Both the position numbers and the translations under genes were made by a program. The notes under the pieces were generated by a model. That model did no database searches and was not told where the DNA came from. It was given only the letters and a program-made list of their open reading frames with translations. From contig CBDCGV010000016.1 in assembly GCA_965216955.1 (NCBI GenBank), positions 160,715 to 224,714 on the forward strand: DNA of 64,000 nt, written 5' to 3'. Positions 10,623 to 20,846 of the stretch are shown piece after piece; the stretch's first letter is position 1; every line of letters starts with the position of its first letter. This stretch comes from Chitinophagales bacterium. Its GTDB lineage: Bacteria; Bacteroidota; Bacteroidia; Chitinophagales; JADIYW01.

Positions 10623-10667
10623 AGTTTTCAGTTATCCGAAATATTGAACCTAAAAAATAATCTTAAT

Positions 10668-11903
10668 CTACATAAATAGATTCTCCAATGCAGGCACATT
10701 CCCTAAAACCTGATGAACCATACTTGATGAGGCACCAAGCATCTCCTTCATAATTGAAGCATAAATACTTCTAAAATCTATATCGTATTGCAAATTTCCA
10801 TTAAGATCGGGTCTAACTAAATCTACAGCCCTACCTGTTGTTCCTCCATGAACCTGATCTCCAATCAAAAAAACAGGACCTGCCGTACCATGATCCGTTC
10901 CACCAGAAGCATTTTCTTCTATTCGGCGTCCAAACTCAGAATAAATAAAACAAACCACTTGTTTATCCATTTCCCTCTTTTTTAGATCCGCATAAAAAGC
11001 AGCAAGATTTTTATCAAGTATTTCTAGCAAATGATCGTGCTCCCATTTCTGATTAATGTGTGTATCAAACCCATCTAAAGCGCAGTAATAGACTTTAGAT
11101 CTCAGTCTTCCTTTTATCAATTTCGCTACCATCGATAAATGCTCAGCAAGTATACTGCCATCTTCATAAGCAACATCGTTCTTTCCATTATCAATAGCCT
11201 TTTGTATCGCATTTGCATAACTAAAAGTCGAATTGGTAGTTTGCTTTAAAAAATCAAGCACCTTGTTATAACCATCTTCCTTACCTGATATTACATACTC
11301 TAAAGGGGCCCTTGTTAGTTCTGTTAAATCCTCCATGTCAGAAATAGCCGCATGATAGCTCCTTTTATTCCCCTGAAAGAGTAATCCACTTTCACCACTA
11401 ATGTGGGTAACGGGTGGAGACGACAATGTCTTTTGTTCATGTTTATATTGTACTTCTAACCACCTTCCAAGCCATCCAGAATTGTCTTTCATAGCCGAAT
11501 GCCATGTGTCAAAGGATTGAAAATGAGATAAATTTGGATTAGGATATCCTACATTTCGAATGATTTGCAAATTTCCCTCATCCCATCTTTTTTGAAAAAA
11601 ATCGAGCTTTTTATTCAATGCAAGATACTTCGACAGGTAATGTATATCACTTTTTTTAAGATGTAATTCGGGTCTTTTCTCTTTGTATACTTCATACTGA
11701 TGAACTGGAATTAACGTATTAAGGCCATCATTTCCTCCTCCTAAATAGATAAAAACTAAGATTTGATCATTATCTAAATAATTAATATCTGACAAGTGCA
11801 TACCTCCAGCACGAACAGGAAAAGCCCCATTCAAATATGCTGTTGCACCAATAATGGACAAATATTTTAAAAACTCTCTTCTATGCTGTTTTCTAATTCC
11901 CAT
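10668..11903 (-). CDS. DUF1501 domain protein (sulfatase-fold-like, Tat signal)
   Basis: The twin-arginine-like N-terminus is RKQHRREFLKYLSIIGATA. GGGNDGLN and GGTDHGTAGP are as I recall for DUF1501. It sits immediately downstream of a DUF1800 gene. Confidence 0.8.
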   Translation of the reverse strand: MGIRKQHRREFLKYLSIIGATAYLNGAFPVRAGGMHLSDINYLDNDQILVFIYLGGGNDGLNTLIPVHQYEVYKEKRPELHLKKSDIHYLSKYLALNKKLDFFQKRWDEGNLQIIRNVGYPNPNLSHFQSFDTWHSAMKDNSGWLGRWLEVQYKHEQKTLSSPPVTHISGESGLLFQGNKRSYHAAISDMEDLTELTRAPLEYVISGKEDGYNKVLDFLKQTTNSTFSYANAIQKAIDNGKNDVAYEDGSILAEHLSMVAKLIKGRLRSKVYYCALDGFDTHINQKWEHDHLLEILDKNLAAFYADLKKREMDKQVVCFIYSEFGRRIEENASGGTDHGTAGPVFLIGDQVHGGTTGRAVDLVRPDLNGNLQYDIDFRSIYASIMKEMLGASSSMVHQVLGNVPALENLFM

Positions 11904-11907
11904 ATTA

Positions 11908-13317
11908 TTATGTCAATTGAAATTCCGGCAGTCTAAATAAATAAAAGACCATATTTATTATCATCCATTTTTTTTCCTCCTCATCAAGATGATTAAAATA
12001 TTGAACGGAGAAGCCTTCTGTAATTTTTTTAAGCAGATATTCCTTTTGTTCTTTGGACTCCCCCTTGTAAAAAAAGTATTTTAAACAGGCATCTACAATA
12101 CTAGAGGAGTCTTCTATATTTGCTCCAATATTCAGCAAAAAATCAACAATCCCGTTCTCTTTTTTCCGCTCAATAAAACGTTCAAACATTTCATAACAAA
12201 GCCCCCATCTTAACTGCAACCACTCCGTTGAAATCCATCTGGTATGTCCCTTCCATCCAGCGACATCCGGAGGGTTAAAAAGTTCCTGTCCAATAAATGC
12301 AATGTAATCGTTTAACTCAACTAAGTCTTTATCAGACGGTTGCTCTCCCATAAAATTTATGAGCTGCAAAGAAAGGTCTAATGGACTTTTAATAAGTGTT
12401 CCAATATTTTCTTCTGAAAAAAAATAATGGCTTTTAAATAAAACCGCTAATATGGGTAAAATTTCAAAATCGTTTTTCAATATAATCTTAGCAAATTCAT
12501 TTATCGCCTCTTCAGATGTATAAGGTGTTACAAATGCAAACAAAAGCCGAGTACTTAAATGCATTGCCATCTCCCCCTTTCTATGCTCAAATAAAATATC
12601 TATGATATCTTCATAATGCCATTTTCCTACCTGATCAAATATTTTTTTCTCTCCACCATCCCAATGTGCTGTTTCAAACTTTGAATCGTTGACTGAGACT
12701 ACTTCCCAACCCGTAAAAGCCCTTGCTATCTCATAAATATCTTTTTGAGTATAATTTTGATCACGTCCTAAGGTGAAGAGTTCTAGCAATTCCCGAGCAT
12801 AGTTTTCGTTGGGATTTTCTTTAAAATTTTCATTCCCATTTAAAAAAAACAACATTGCTGGGCTCTTTCCAACCTGTCGAACTAAATCTCTCAGATTCCC
12901 AAGAGCGTTCTCATAAATCAATTGATGATAATGATATCCGTATGAGGGAAATTCGTACGCATCAAACCTTGTAACGAACAAATTGTGCCAAAACAAAGTC
13001 ATTTTATCCCTTAAATTACCTTTAATCAATTGCTGTAACCAAATGGTTTGCATCTCCTGAAAATGCTCGTAATTTTCTTCCGTGTCTTCTTCATAGTCAT
13101 CTTCTCCCCAATTAGCCCATTTAGGTTTCAAAATGGGTTTAATGACCTTCGATTTATTAATTAAATGATCTATAATCTGAGTAGGTGCATTTTTAAGCTG
13201 CCCGTCCAAATATTTAGGGTAGTATCCAAATTGCAATCGGCCATAAATGTGCTTGAGCCGCATTATATTCCATGGCATCAATTCATTTGGAACGTATATA
13301 TCAAAGTAATTACTCAA
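11908..13317 (-). CDS. DUF1800 domain protein
   Basis: LFWHNLF, ENYARELLELFTLG and PPDVAGW are DUF1800 motifs as I recall them. Only a 4-nt gap separates it from the DUF1501 partner. Confidence 0.75.
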   Translation of the reverse strand: MSNYFDIYVPNELMPWNIMRLKHIYGRLQFGYYPKYLDGQLKNAPTQIIDHLINKSKVIKPILKPKWANWGEDDYEEDTEENYEHFQEMQTIWLQQLIKGNLRDKMTLFWHNLFVTRFDAYEFPSYGYHYHQLIYENALGNLRDLVRQVGKSPAMLFFLNGNENFKENPNENYARELLELFTLGRDQNYTQKDIYEIARAFTGWEVVSVNDSKFETAHWDGGEKKIFDQVGKWHYEDIIDILFEHRKGEMAMHLSTRLLFAFVTPYTSEEAINEFAKIILKNDFEILPILAVLFKSHYFFSEENIGTLIKSPLDLSLQLINFMGEQPSDKDLVELNDYIAFIGQELFNPPDVAGWKGHTRWISTEWLQLRWGLCYEMFERFIERKKENGIVDFLLNIGANIEDSSSIVDACLKYFFYKGESKEQKEYLLKKITEGFSVQYFNHLDEEEKKWMIINMVFYLFRLPEFQLT

Positions 13318-13389
13318 ACTCTCGTTTCCGAAAAAACGATTCGATAGAGAAAAAAATTGTGTATGCTAAAAAAGGACGTTTTAAGTTAA

Positions 13390-13884
13390 CTAACTGGTCG
13401 GTACAAGTCGGGCACCCAACCAACTTTTTTTAAGGGGAACCTTAAATTGTGTTTCAAACTCTGATTTATTTTTTACAAGTGTATTAAAAACAATCGTATC
13501 TAAACTAATCGCTCCATCTTGTATAAGAGATTGGATTTTATTCATATGAACACTTCTAATCTCTTCGCCATCTATATAACAGATATGCACTCTATCAAAT
13601 AGATTAAGGTTAAAATCTAGTCCTATTTGTTTAATTATTTTAACGGAACTATCTATAGAACAACCACTAACCATTGTTGATTGTTCATCAGCCATAAGCA
13701 CAATAAATCTATTGGCATAAACTTTACCAAACCCTTTTACAGGTTGGTTATGTGCGACCCAACCAGCCACAAATTCATTAAGAATAGAATTAATTTCTGC
13801 AACTTCCCTTTCATTTAAGGCTCTATCGATCTGATAAATCCAGATCTTCGAATTAGGCGCTAAATCTTCGTAGGATGCAATCAT
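13390..13884 (-). CDS. conserved hypothetical protein downstream of the Fe-S oxidoreductase pair
   Basis: A 164-aa ORF lying 8 nt after the CCG-domain gene; no motif recognised. Confidence 0.5.
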   Translation of the reverse strand: MIASYEDLAPNSKIWIYQIDRALNEREVAEINSILNEFVAGWVAHNQPVKGFGKVYANRFIVLMADEQSTMVSGCSIDSSVKIIKQIGLDFNLNLFDRVHICYIDGEEIRSVHMNKIQSLIQDGAISLDTIVFNTLVKNKSEFETQFKVPLKKSWLGARLVPTS

Positions 13885-13892
13885 TTTTTTAA

Positions 13893-14768
13893 TTATAAAC
13901 CATTTGCCTGAGCAACGAGTTCCGCAATATCAAAGACCTTTATACTTTCTTGAAGTTCTTTTTCTTTAACACCATCTGTCATCATCGTATTACAAAAAGG
14001 ACACCCTACAGCAACAACATCAGGCATTATTTCTAGTACTTGATCCGTTCGTTCTTGATTAATTCGTTTATTTCCGGGCTCATTCTCCTTAAACATCTGA
14101 GCACCTCCTGCACCACAACATAAGCCCTTGGTTTTACAGGATTTCATTTCTACTAAATCGGCATCGAGCTCTTCTAAAACTGCTCTCGGAGCGACATAAA
14201 CATCATTGGCTCTACCTAAATAACAGCTATCATGAAATGTTATTTTTCTCCCTTTGAACTCCCCTCCTTCAACTGCCAATTTCCCATCTTTTATTAGGTT
14301 TTGTAGATATTGTGAATGATGCACAACTTCATAATTACCTCCTAAAACAGGGTACTCATTCTTTAGTGTATTATAACAATGCGGGCATGTTGTTACTATT
14401 TTTTTAACATTATACATGTCCAATGTTGCTATATTTTGTTGAGCTAACATTTGAAAAACAAATTCATTACCCGCTCGACGTGCAGGATCACCCGTACATG
14501 CTTCTTCCGTACCTAAAACTGCATAATCTATACCTATAGAGTTCAATATTTTTGAGAACGCTATAGTCACACGTTGCGCACGCTGATCAAAGCTCCCTGC
14601 GCAACCTGTCCAAAATAGGATTTCAGGTTGCTTTCCAGCTGCTATTTCATTGGCCATTATCGGCACTACCAATTTTTTCTTTTCAATCGCCGCAGCCACT
14701 TCTTCAACAATAGGCTCTACCTTCTCTTGTGATTCCTCCGGCTGAATTTGATTTTGTTCCTCGCTCAT
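13893..14768 (-). CDS. (Fe-S)-binding protein with two cysteine-rich CCG domains (HdrD/GlpC C-terminal-like)
   Basis: The CCG-type motifs occur twice: WTGCAGSFD...CPHCYNTL, then CCGAGGAQMF...GCPFCNTMM. Confidence 0.8.
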   Translation of the reverse strand: MSEEQNQIQPEESQEKVEPIVEEVAAAIEKKKLVVPIMANEIAAGKQPEILFWTGCAGSFDQRAQRVTIAFSKILNSIGIDYAVLGTEEACTGDPARRAGNEFVFQMLAQQNIATLDMYNVKKIVTTCPHCYNTLKNEYPVLGGNYEVVHHSQYLQNLIKDGKLAVEGGEFKGRKITFHDSCYLGRANDVYVAPRAVLEELDADLVEMKSCKTKGLCCGAGGAQMFKENEPGNKRINQERTDQVLEIMPDVVAVGCPFCNTMMTDGVKEKELQESIKVFDIAELVAQANGL

Positions 14769-14818
14769 AATTATTATCTATTGGTTATGATGATGATTTA
14801 CTAAAAGACTTTATTATA

Positions 14819-16153
14819 CTAGGCATTCGCTTCCTCTAACCATTTAAGTCTATCGTCTGTTGAGAATTGCCATGGCGCCTGATTGTTTTCCAAATTGGTG
14901 AACATAGTATTCCATTCTTGAGGAGAATCAGCCTCCTCCATAATCATATATCTACGCAATTCTAAAATAATATTTAATGGACTAATGTTAACAGGACATT
15001 CTTCTACACATGCATTACAAGTCGTACACGCTCTTAATTCTTCCTTAGAAATGTAATCTCCAATGAGCATTTTACCATCATCGTAGTCAGGCCCCTGATC
15101 TCTTTTATTTGTTCCTACTTCTTCCAATCTGTCCCTCGTATCCATCATGATTTTTCTTGGAGACAATTTCTTACCCGTTTGATTTGCCGGACAAGCCTCT
15201 GTGCAACGACCGCATTCTGTACAAGTATATGCATCTAACAAGCTTTTCCAACTCAGGTCTGTAACATCTTTTGCTCCAAAACTTGGCATTTCTTCATCCA
15301 TTCCTGTGTCTACTGGAGCCTCATCACTAAACATAGAGGCCACTTCTTTTTGAACAGATGGCATATTAGCAATTTGTCCCTTAGCTTCTGGCCTTGTAAA
15401 AAAAGTATTCGGAAACGCCAATATAATATGCAGGTGTTTTGAATAAGTCACATAATTCAAGAAAAACAATACCAAAAGAATATGTCCCCACCAACCTAAT
15501 CGCTCAATGAAAATTAATGTATTCTCAGGTAGAAATTGCAACATTGAAGCCAATGGATAAGTAAAAATAAAAGGGTCCGTGTGATGGTAAACGCCTTTCA
15601 TTTGTAGCGCTTGATCTCCTCCATTCATACATGCAATAAAAAAGAGTAATGAAAGCTCAAATATCAAGATGAGATTGGCATCAAGTGTTGGCCAACCTTT
15701 CATCTCAGGTTTATGAAAACGAGGAATTTTAAGTGCATTTCTTCTATATAAGAAAATCAAGGTGGCTACTAATGCTCCAACGGAAGCAAATTCTATAAAA
15801 TTGATCGTTAAAGTATATACCCATCTTGTTGGCTCCCATTTTTCAAAAAGGTGCCAAATGATTCTATGTTTACCTGTAAAGCCATCTAAGAAGATTTCTA
15901 TCAATTCTATCTGGGTAATCATAAAAGCTCCATAAATGGCAAGATGTAACAACGCAACTATTGGCTTTTTAAACATTTTCTTTTGCCCAAAAGCAATTAA
16001 AAGCATCTTTTTTATCCGAAACGAAAGATCTGAATTAATCTCTTCATCCTTACCAAGTTGAATATTATCATATATCTGCTTTAATCTATCAAAGAAGAAA
16101 AAGAATGCCAATGTTACGGCTGATATGAATAATATTTGCTGTGCTAGTCCCAT
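14819..16153 (-). CDS. membrane-anchored 4Fe-4S dicluster protein (HdrD/GlpC N-terminal-like)
   Basis: The N-terminal half has about 5-6 hydrophobic helices. The C-terminal half has two ferredoxin motifs, CTECGRCTEACP and CTTCNACVEECP. Confidence 0.8.
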   Translation of the reverse strand: MGLAQQILFISAVTLAFFFFFDRLKQIYDNIQLGKDEEINSDLSFRIKKMLLIAFGQKKMFKKPIVALLHLAIYGAFMITQIELIEIFLDGFTGKHRIIWHLFEKWEPTRWVYTLTINFIEFASVGALVATLIFLYRRNALKIPRFHKPEMKGWPTLDANLILIFELSLLFFIACMNGGDQALQMKGVYHHTDPFIFTYPLASMLQFLPENTLIFIERLGWWGHILLVLFFLNYVTYSKHLHIILAFPNTFFTRPEAKGQIANMPSVQKEVASMFSDEAPVDTGMDEEMPSFGAKDVTDLSWKSLLDAYTCTECGRCTEACPANQTGKKLSPRKIMMDTRDRLEEVGTNKRDQGPDYDDGKMLIGDYISKEELRACTTCNACVEECPVNISPLNIILELRRYMIMEEADSPQEWNTMFTNLENNQAPWQFSTDDRLKWLEEANA

Positions 16154-16374
16154 TTAAATAAGCTTTATTCTGCGAAAATAACTAGATATATCATCAATTT
16201 TAAGTAATTAAAGATAGCTTAAAACCTTATATGTTTATTTAGAATAAATCTAAATAAAATAATGAATACTAAATATCCTGTTTTAATTTAAACCTCAAAT
16301 CTTTATATAGGTGAGTTCAATAAAAAAGTATAATTTTAATTTATGGCTTAAAGCCAAATTTCGTATAAATCTGA

Positions 16375-16899
16375 ATGTTTCATAACAAGATGAATAGAAC
16401 AAGAAAAAAAATAATTTTAGACAATACAACGATTACTAAAAAGCTGAATCGCATGGCTTATCAGATTTTAGAATCTAATTATAATGAAGAAACAGTTATT
16501 TTGATTGGCATTGCTAATAAAGGATTACTTCTAGCTAAGAAGCTTTCCACTATTTTAAAGAGAATATCAGATATAGAAATTAAAACTATATGGGTCAAAA
16601 TGAATAAAAGAAACCCATTAGAAGGTGTAACACTAGAAAAGGAACTTGATTTTAACAACAAGTCTATTATCATTATTGATGATGTCGGAAATACTGGAAG
16701 AACCGTATTTTATGCCATGCAACCATTATATCAATATTTACCAAAGAAGATCCAAACAGCTGTTTTAGTTGATAGAAAACACAAATCTTACCCTATTAAA
16801 GCCGATTTTGTTGGATTAGAACTGGCTACAACCTTAGATCAAGAGGTTATTGTGGATATGAATGACAAAGAAAAAGTGTTTGAAGCATACCTTACATAA
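16375..16899 (+). CDS. phosphoribosyltransferase, PyrR-like
   Basis: The PRPP-binding motif is SIIIIDDVGNTGRT, with a PyrR-like N-terminus (KKIILDNTTITKKLNRMAYQILE) and a length of about 174 aa. The start could be the ATG at 16390. Confidence 0.65.
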   Translation: MFHNKMNRTRKKIILDNTTITKKLNRMAYQILESNYNEETVILIGIANKGLLLAKKLSTILKRISDIEIKTIWVKMNKRNPLEGVTLEKELDFNNKSIIIIDDVGNTGRTVFYAMQPLYQYLPKKIQTAVLVDRKHKSYPIKADFVGLELATTLDQEVIVDMNDKEKVFEAYLT

Positions 16900-17014
16900 G
16901 GTTATATTTCTTTGCATAAGATACGAGCAAAATGGTATTCATTTTATTATTTGGTATAGCGCATCAAGACAATTTCTTATTCAAAAAATCGTACTTTAGA
17001 TGTAACAATATAAT

Positions 17015-18028
17015 ATGATGTTAAAAAAGTCTTGGTTCATTTTTCTTGGGTTAAGTTTGGTTATTATATCCTGTCTAAAAGAAAATGAGGATTTTTCATT
17101 TCCTCAAGGATCTTTCTCCGCTGAAGCAAATGGACAATTCTTTAATGCTACCTCCATTAGTGCCACCGTTGATTCGGGAAAAATAAGTCTTACTGCTATT
17201 GACGACAGCAATAATCTTATCATCTCAATCATTGTAAACAGCTCAGAAGCTTATAAAGCATATAACACAGATACTGGCTTGATTGCTGAAGCAGAATATA
17301 CCATACAAACCTCCAATGGAAACATCAACTATACAACAAGCCAAACATCAAAGTCGTCTGGCAAAGTATTTATAAGGGAAATTAAGTGTTTCGAGAGCTT
17401 AATATCAGGCTCCTTTTATTTTACTGCCCATCGCCCGCAAGGAATAGTCTTTGATTCTATTATGGTTGAACAAGGTTATTTTTATGATATTCCATTTGTC
17501 AATGATGGTTTAGAATGTCCAGACACCGCAACTTGCGATGATGGCGTTCAAAATGGCGATGAGACAGGTATTGACTGTGGGGGAAGCTGTCCAATAATTT
17601 GTGACACCTCCACAACAGATACCTCGGTGATTGACACCTCTATGATTGACACTAATAATTACTCCATTAGTGCAACTATTGATGGCGCTCCCTTAGAGAT
17701 TATGGATCCAAATGTTACCAATACTTCAGGCACTGTTATTGTTACGGCCACGGTACTTAATACAGTTTTGTCGGTCAGTTTTAATGAATCCCTTAATCCA
17801 GGGTCTTATAATTCTGCTGATGGCATATCTGCTTTTAACATCTCCTATGTTACAGCTGGAATAGCATATATAGTATTTGGGAACCCCGTAAGTATTACTG
17901 TTACGGCCAATGACTTTACCAATAAAATTATGGAAGGCACCTTTAATGGCACGCTCTATAATTCGACCAACTTGAACAATGACTCTATAATTGTTACTGA
18001 CGGCATGTTTAAAATTAATTACGAATAA
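17015..18028 (+). CDS. hypothetical lipoprotein with a central Cys-rich CDDGVQNGDETGIDCGGSCP motif
   Basis: A signal peptide plus lipobox-like LVIISC is present, flanked by two beta-rich halves. No family recognised. Confidence 0.5.
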   Translation: MMLKKSWFIFLGLSLVIISCLKENEDFSFPQGSFSAEANGQFFNATSISATVDSGKISLTAIDDSNNLIISIIVNSSEAYKAYNTDTGLIAEAEYTIQTSNGNINYTTSQTSKSSGKVFIREIKCFESLISGSFYFTAHRPQGIVFDSIMVEQGYFYDIPFVNDGLECPDTATCDDGVQNGDETGIDCGGSCPIICDTSTTDTSVIDTSMIDTNNYSISATIDGAPLEIMDPNVTNTSGTVIVTATVLNTVLSVSFNESLNPGSYNSADGISAFNISYVTAGIAYIVFGNPVSITVTANDFTNKIMEGTFNGTLYNSTNLNNDSIIVTDGMFKINYE

Positions 18029-18035
18029 TTTTGGC

Positions 18036-18530
18036 TTACAATATATTTCTGATAATTGATTGCACATTATTATCAGAAATCTCCAACGCAGCTCTTTTAT
18101 AAAAAGGTAGTCTTTTAGCTAATTGCTCATTAACAAACTGAGTTAAGTCCGCTTTATCTTTAACCTTATTAAGTAAAGGTCTTTTATCCTTCTCATTAAT
18201 TAGACGATCAACAATTACATTTGTAGGTGGATTTAAAAAAACAGTAAGTCCTTTTTTGTTCATTGCTTCTATATTATCATAAAAACAAGGTGCTCCTCCT
18301 CCTGTAGCCACTACTACATTCTTATCTAATTGTAACCCTTGAATACTCTTTTGTTCTAACTTCCTAAAGTACTCCTCTCCTTCTTTTTCAAAAATTTCCT
18401 TAATTGATCTCCCCTCTAAAGATTCTATAGCACTATCCATATCTACAAAATCATAATTGAGCTCTTCTGCCAAAACTCTACCAGTAAAAGATTTACCGCT
18501 CCCCATAAAACCAATTAAAAAAATAACCAT
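18036..18530 (-). CDS. aroK: shikimate kinase
   Basis: IFLIGFMGSGKS (P-loop), FVDMD and VVATGGG, with a length of 164 aa. Confidence 0.9.
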   Translation of the reverse strand: MVIFLIGFMGSGKSFTGRVLAEELNYDFVDMDSAIESLEGRSIKEIFEKEGEEYFRKLEQKSIQGLQLDKNVVVATGGGAPCFYDNIEAMNKKGLTVFLNPPTNVIVDRLINEKDKRPLLNKVKDKADLTQFVNEQLAKRLPFYKRAALEISDNNVQSIIRNIL

Positions 18531-18551
18531 TTACACTTATATAGTTTTATT

Positions 18552-19607
18552 CTACTTTACAGAAACTCTTGGATCTAGCCAACCATAGGCGATATCTACA
18601 AGGATATTAATAACCACGAAAATAGTTGCAGTAAACAACACAGCACCCATCGCTACCGGGAAATCAAATTTTAACAAATGATTCACAGTAACATATCCCA
18701 GTCCTTTAATATCAAATATAATTTCTACAAAAAAGGCACCTGCTAATAAAGATGCAAACCACCCCGAAACTGTGGTAACCACTGGATTCATTGCATTACG
18801 TAGTGCATGTTTAAATAATACCTTACTGAATGACAGCCCTTTTGCTTTAGCCGTTCTTATATAATCTTGACTCAGCACCTCTAACATAGAACTTCTAGTT
18901 AATTGAAAAATTATACCTATGGGCCTAACTCCTAAAGCTATGCTAGGAAGAATGAGGTTTTTTAGTGATAAATACCGTTCTCCATAATCATTATATTCCC
19001 ATAATCCACCAGTCTGATTCAATCCAGTAAATTCATGTAACACTACTCCAAAAACATACCCCAAAACCATAGCAGAAAAATAAGAGGGTACAGATATTCC
19101 CATTACAGATAAACTCATTGCAAAATTATCAAACCAAGAATACTGCTTTACAGCAGCAATTACTCCTAAAAAGATCCCTAAAAAACAAGCAATTAAAATA
19201 GCTGCAATTGCCAAAATTAATGTTTGAGGAAGCGCTTCGACCAATACATCCACTACCGCTCTCTTTGTTTGATAAGATCTTCTTAAATACGGCTTTTTTA
19301 TCGCCAGTGTTTTCTTATTCAATGGAACAAGCGCAACGTAATTATACTTTTCTTTTGCAGTCTTTGTTCGATCATGAAAGGCAATTGGAGAAACGTCATT
19401 CAAGTACATTCCCAGCTGAACTATTTTAGGTTTATCCAACCCCAATTCTTTATTGATTGCATCAACTGATGCTACATCTGCACGTTGCCCAAGTGTTAGT
19501 CTTGCCGCATCAACTGGCAAAATATTAAATAGCATAAATACAACTAAAACAACACCAAGAAGGACTAAGCATCCATAAAAAATTCTTCGAATTATAAATT
19601 GAACCAC
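18552..19607 (-). CDS. ABC transporter permease (Dpp/Opp BPD_transp_1 type)
   Basis: The N-terminus MVQFIIRRIFYG is DppB/OppB-like. The EAA-loop region is DYIRTAKAKGLS...V..KHALRNA. No adjacent ATPase or binding protein is present. Confidence 0.8.
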   Translation of the reverse strand: MVQFIIRRIFYGCLVLLGVVLVVFMLFNILPVDAARLTLGQRADVASVDAINKELGLDKPKIVQLGMYLNDVSPIAFHDRTKTAKEKYNYVALVPLNKKTLAIKKPYLRRSYQTKRAVVDVLVEALPQTLILAIAAILIACFLGIFLGVIAAVKQYSWFDNFAMSLSVMGISVPSYFSAMVLGYVFGVVLHEFTGLNQTGGLWEYNDYGERYLSLKNLILPSIALGVRPIGIIFQLTRSSMLEVLSQDYIRTAKAKGLSFSKVLFKHALRNAMNPVVTTVSGWFASLLAGAFFVEIIFDIKGLGYVTVNHLLKFDFPVAMGAVLFTATIFVVINILVDIAYGWLDPRVSVK

Positions 19608-19616
19608 AGAAAGTTA

Positions 19617-20846
19617 CTATTTACTTAGTTCAACCAATTTTTCAATATCAGGTAAATGCCTCCAATGCCACTTCCCTTTTATGGTACCTCCTTTAAGTAA
19701 TGTTAAACCTGGATTAGACCGATTCATAGTTTTTATTGGAGTGGCATCTGTATTATAAAAAGTAAATGGCACATAAACTTCATGCCTATATTTTTCGGCC
19801 TCATCTAAAGGACTTCCTGTTACGGCAATTACTCTAAAGCCCGCATTTTCAGCTTCCTTACAAGCCTCTGATATCCTTTCAAACCCCTTTGTGCTTGCTT
19901 CTTGTAAATTATATGAGTTAATAACCAATGTTGGTTTTGACCCTGTCATAAACTCATCTGTAACCTCCACACCATCAATGTCTATGATTGCGAAATCTTT
20001 ACATTTAGGATCGTCTCCCTTTTGAATTAGCTTATCAATACGATCAACATATTCCCAATTTTCAAAATCTTTAGGAAACGTATTGACAAATTCCTTATTC
20101 TCCTTTGTTGCTTTATTTTTATAAACAAAAATATTCTCATAAATATAGGGTTTGGCATCTTCAGGCAGGGTTAAGCAATCTGGAATATTGGTTCCAACTG
20201 TATATGCACGGAAATCCTTAATTGGAAGATTCCTATGATTACGAATCGTAAATAGCAGGGCGAATAACGTTAACACCCATAAAACGATACTGCTTCCTGC
20301 AATACCAAAGATGGCCTTGTTCATTTTTAAAGGCCAGATAAAAAGTATAATTGTTAAAACAAGCAGAATAACGTCTTTTATAAAAGACTTATAGGGCGTA
20401 AGTTTCATAAAATCACCAAAACAACCGCAATCTGTTACTTTTCCTGTTACATGAGAGAAACCTGTTAGGAAAGTAAAGAACACCATCATCGCCAATATTG
20501 TCCAAACTGTAAATCGTCTATATGTCCCTAATAGTAAGGCTACTCCAAGAAATATTTCCAATACAATTGTAAAAATAGCTAGCGGCAAAGCATTCGCCGC
20601 CATTAAATGCCACAACCCCTTTAGTCTAGGTAGATATTCTGTAAAAACCTCAAAGTACTCTTCCAATTTGATAGCCATTCCTATGGGGTCTATTGCTTTG
20701 ACTCCTCCAGAAAAAATAAGGAGTCCTCCTACAAAAGATGAAATAATCGCTACTATCCAACTTTTTGGAGCTTCAATTGCACTTTTTATAATTGCTATTA
20801 CTAAAGCTACAGCTGCTATAATTCCAAATAGTGATGTCAATGTCAT
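19617..20846 (-). CDS. DoxX-like membrane domain fused to a thioredoxin-like domain (BT_3928-family-like)
   Basis: The N-terminal roughly 200 aa carry multiple TM helices and a CGCFG motif typical of DoxX/MauE-like proteins. The C-terminal soluble domain is thioredoxin-fold-like. It overlaps the DUF1599 gene by 4 nt. Confidence 0.6.
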   Translation of the reverse strand: MTLTSLFGIIAAVALVIAIIKSAIEAPKSWIVAIISSFVGGLLIFSGGVKAIDPIGMAIKLEEYFEVFTEYLPRLKGLWHLMAANALPLAIFTIVLEIFLGVALLLGTYRRFTVWTILAMMVFFTFLTGFSHVTGKVTDCGCFGDFMKLTPYKSFIKDVILLVLTIILFIWPLKMNKAIFGIAGSSIVLWVLTLFALLFTIRNHRNLPIKDFRAYTVGTNIPDCLTLPEDAKPYIYENIFVYKNKATKENKEFVNTFPKDFENWEYVDRIDKLIQKGDDPKCKDFAIIDIDGVEVTDEFMTGSKPTLVINSYNLQEASTKGFERISEACKEAENAGFRVIAVTGSPLDEAEKYRHEVYVPFTFYNTDATPIKTMNRSNPGLTLLKGGTIKGKWHWRHLPDIEKLVELSK

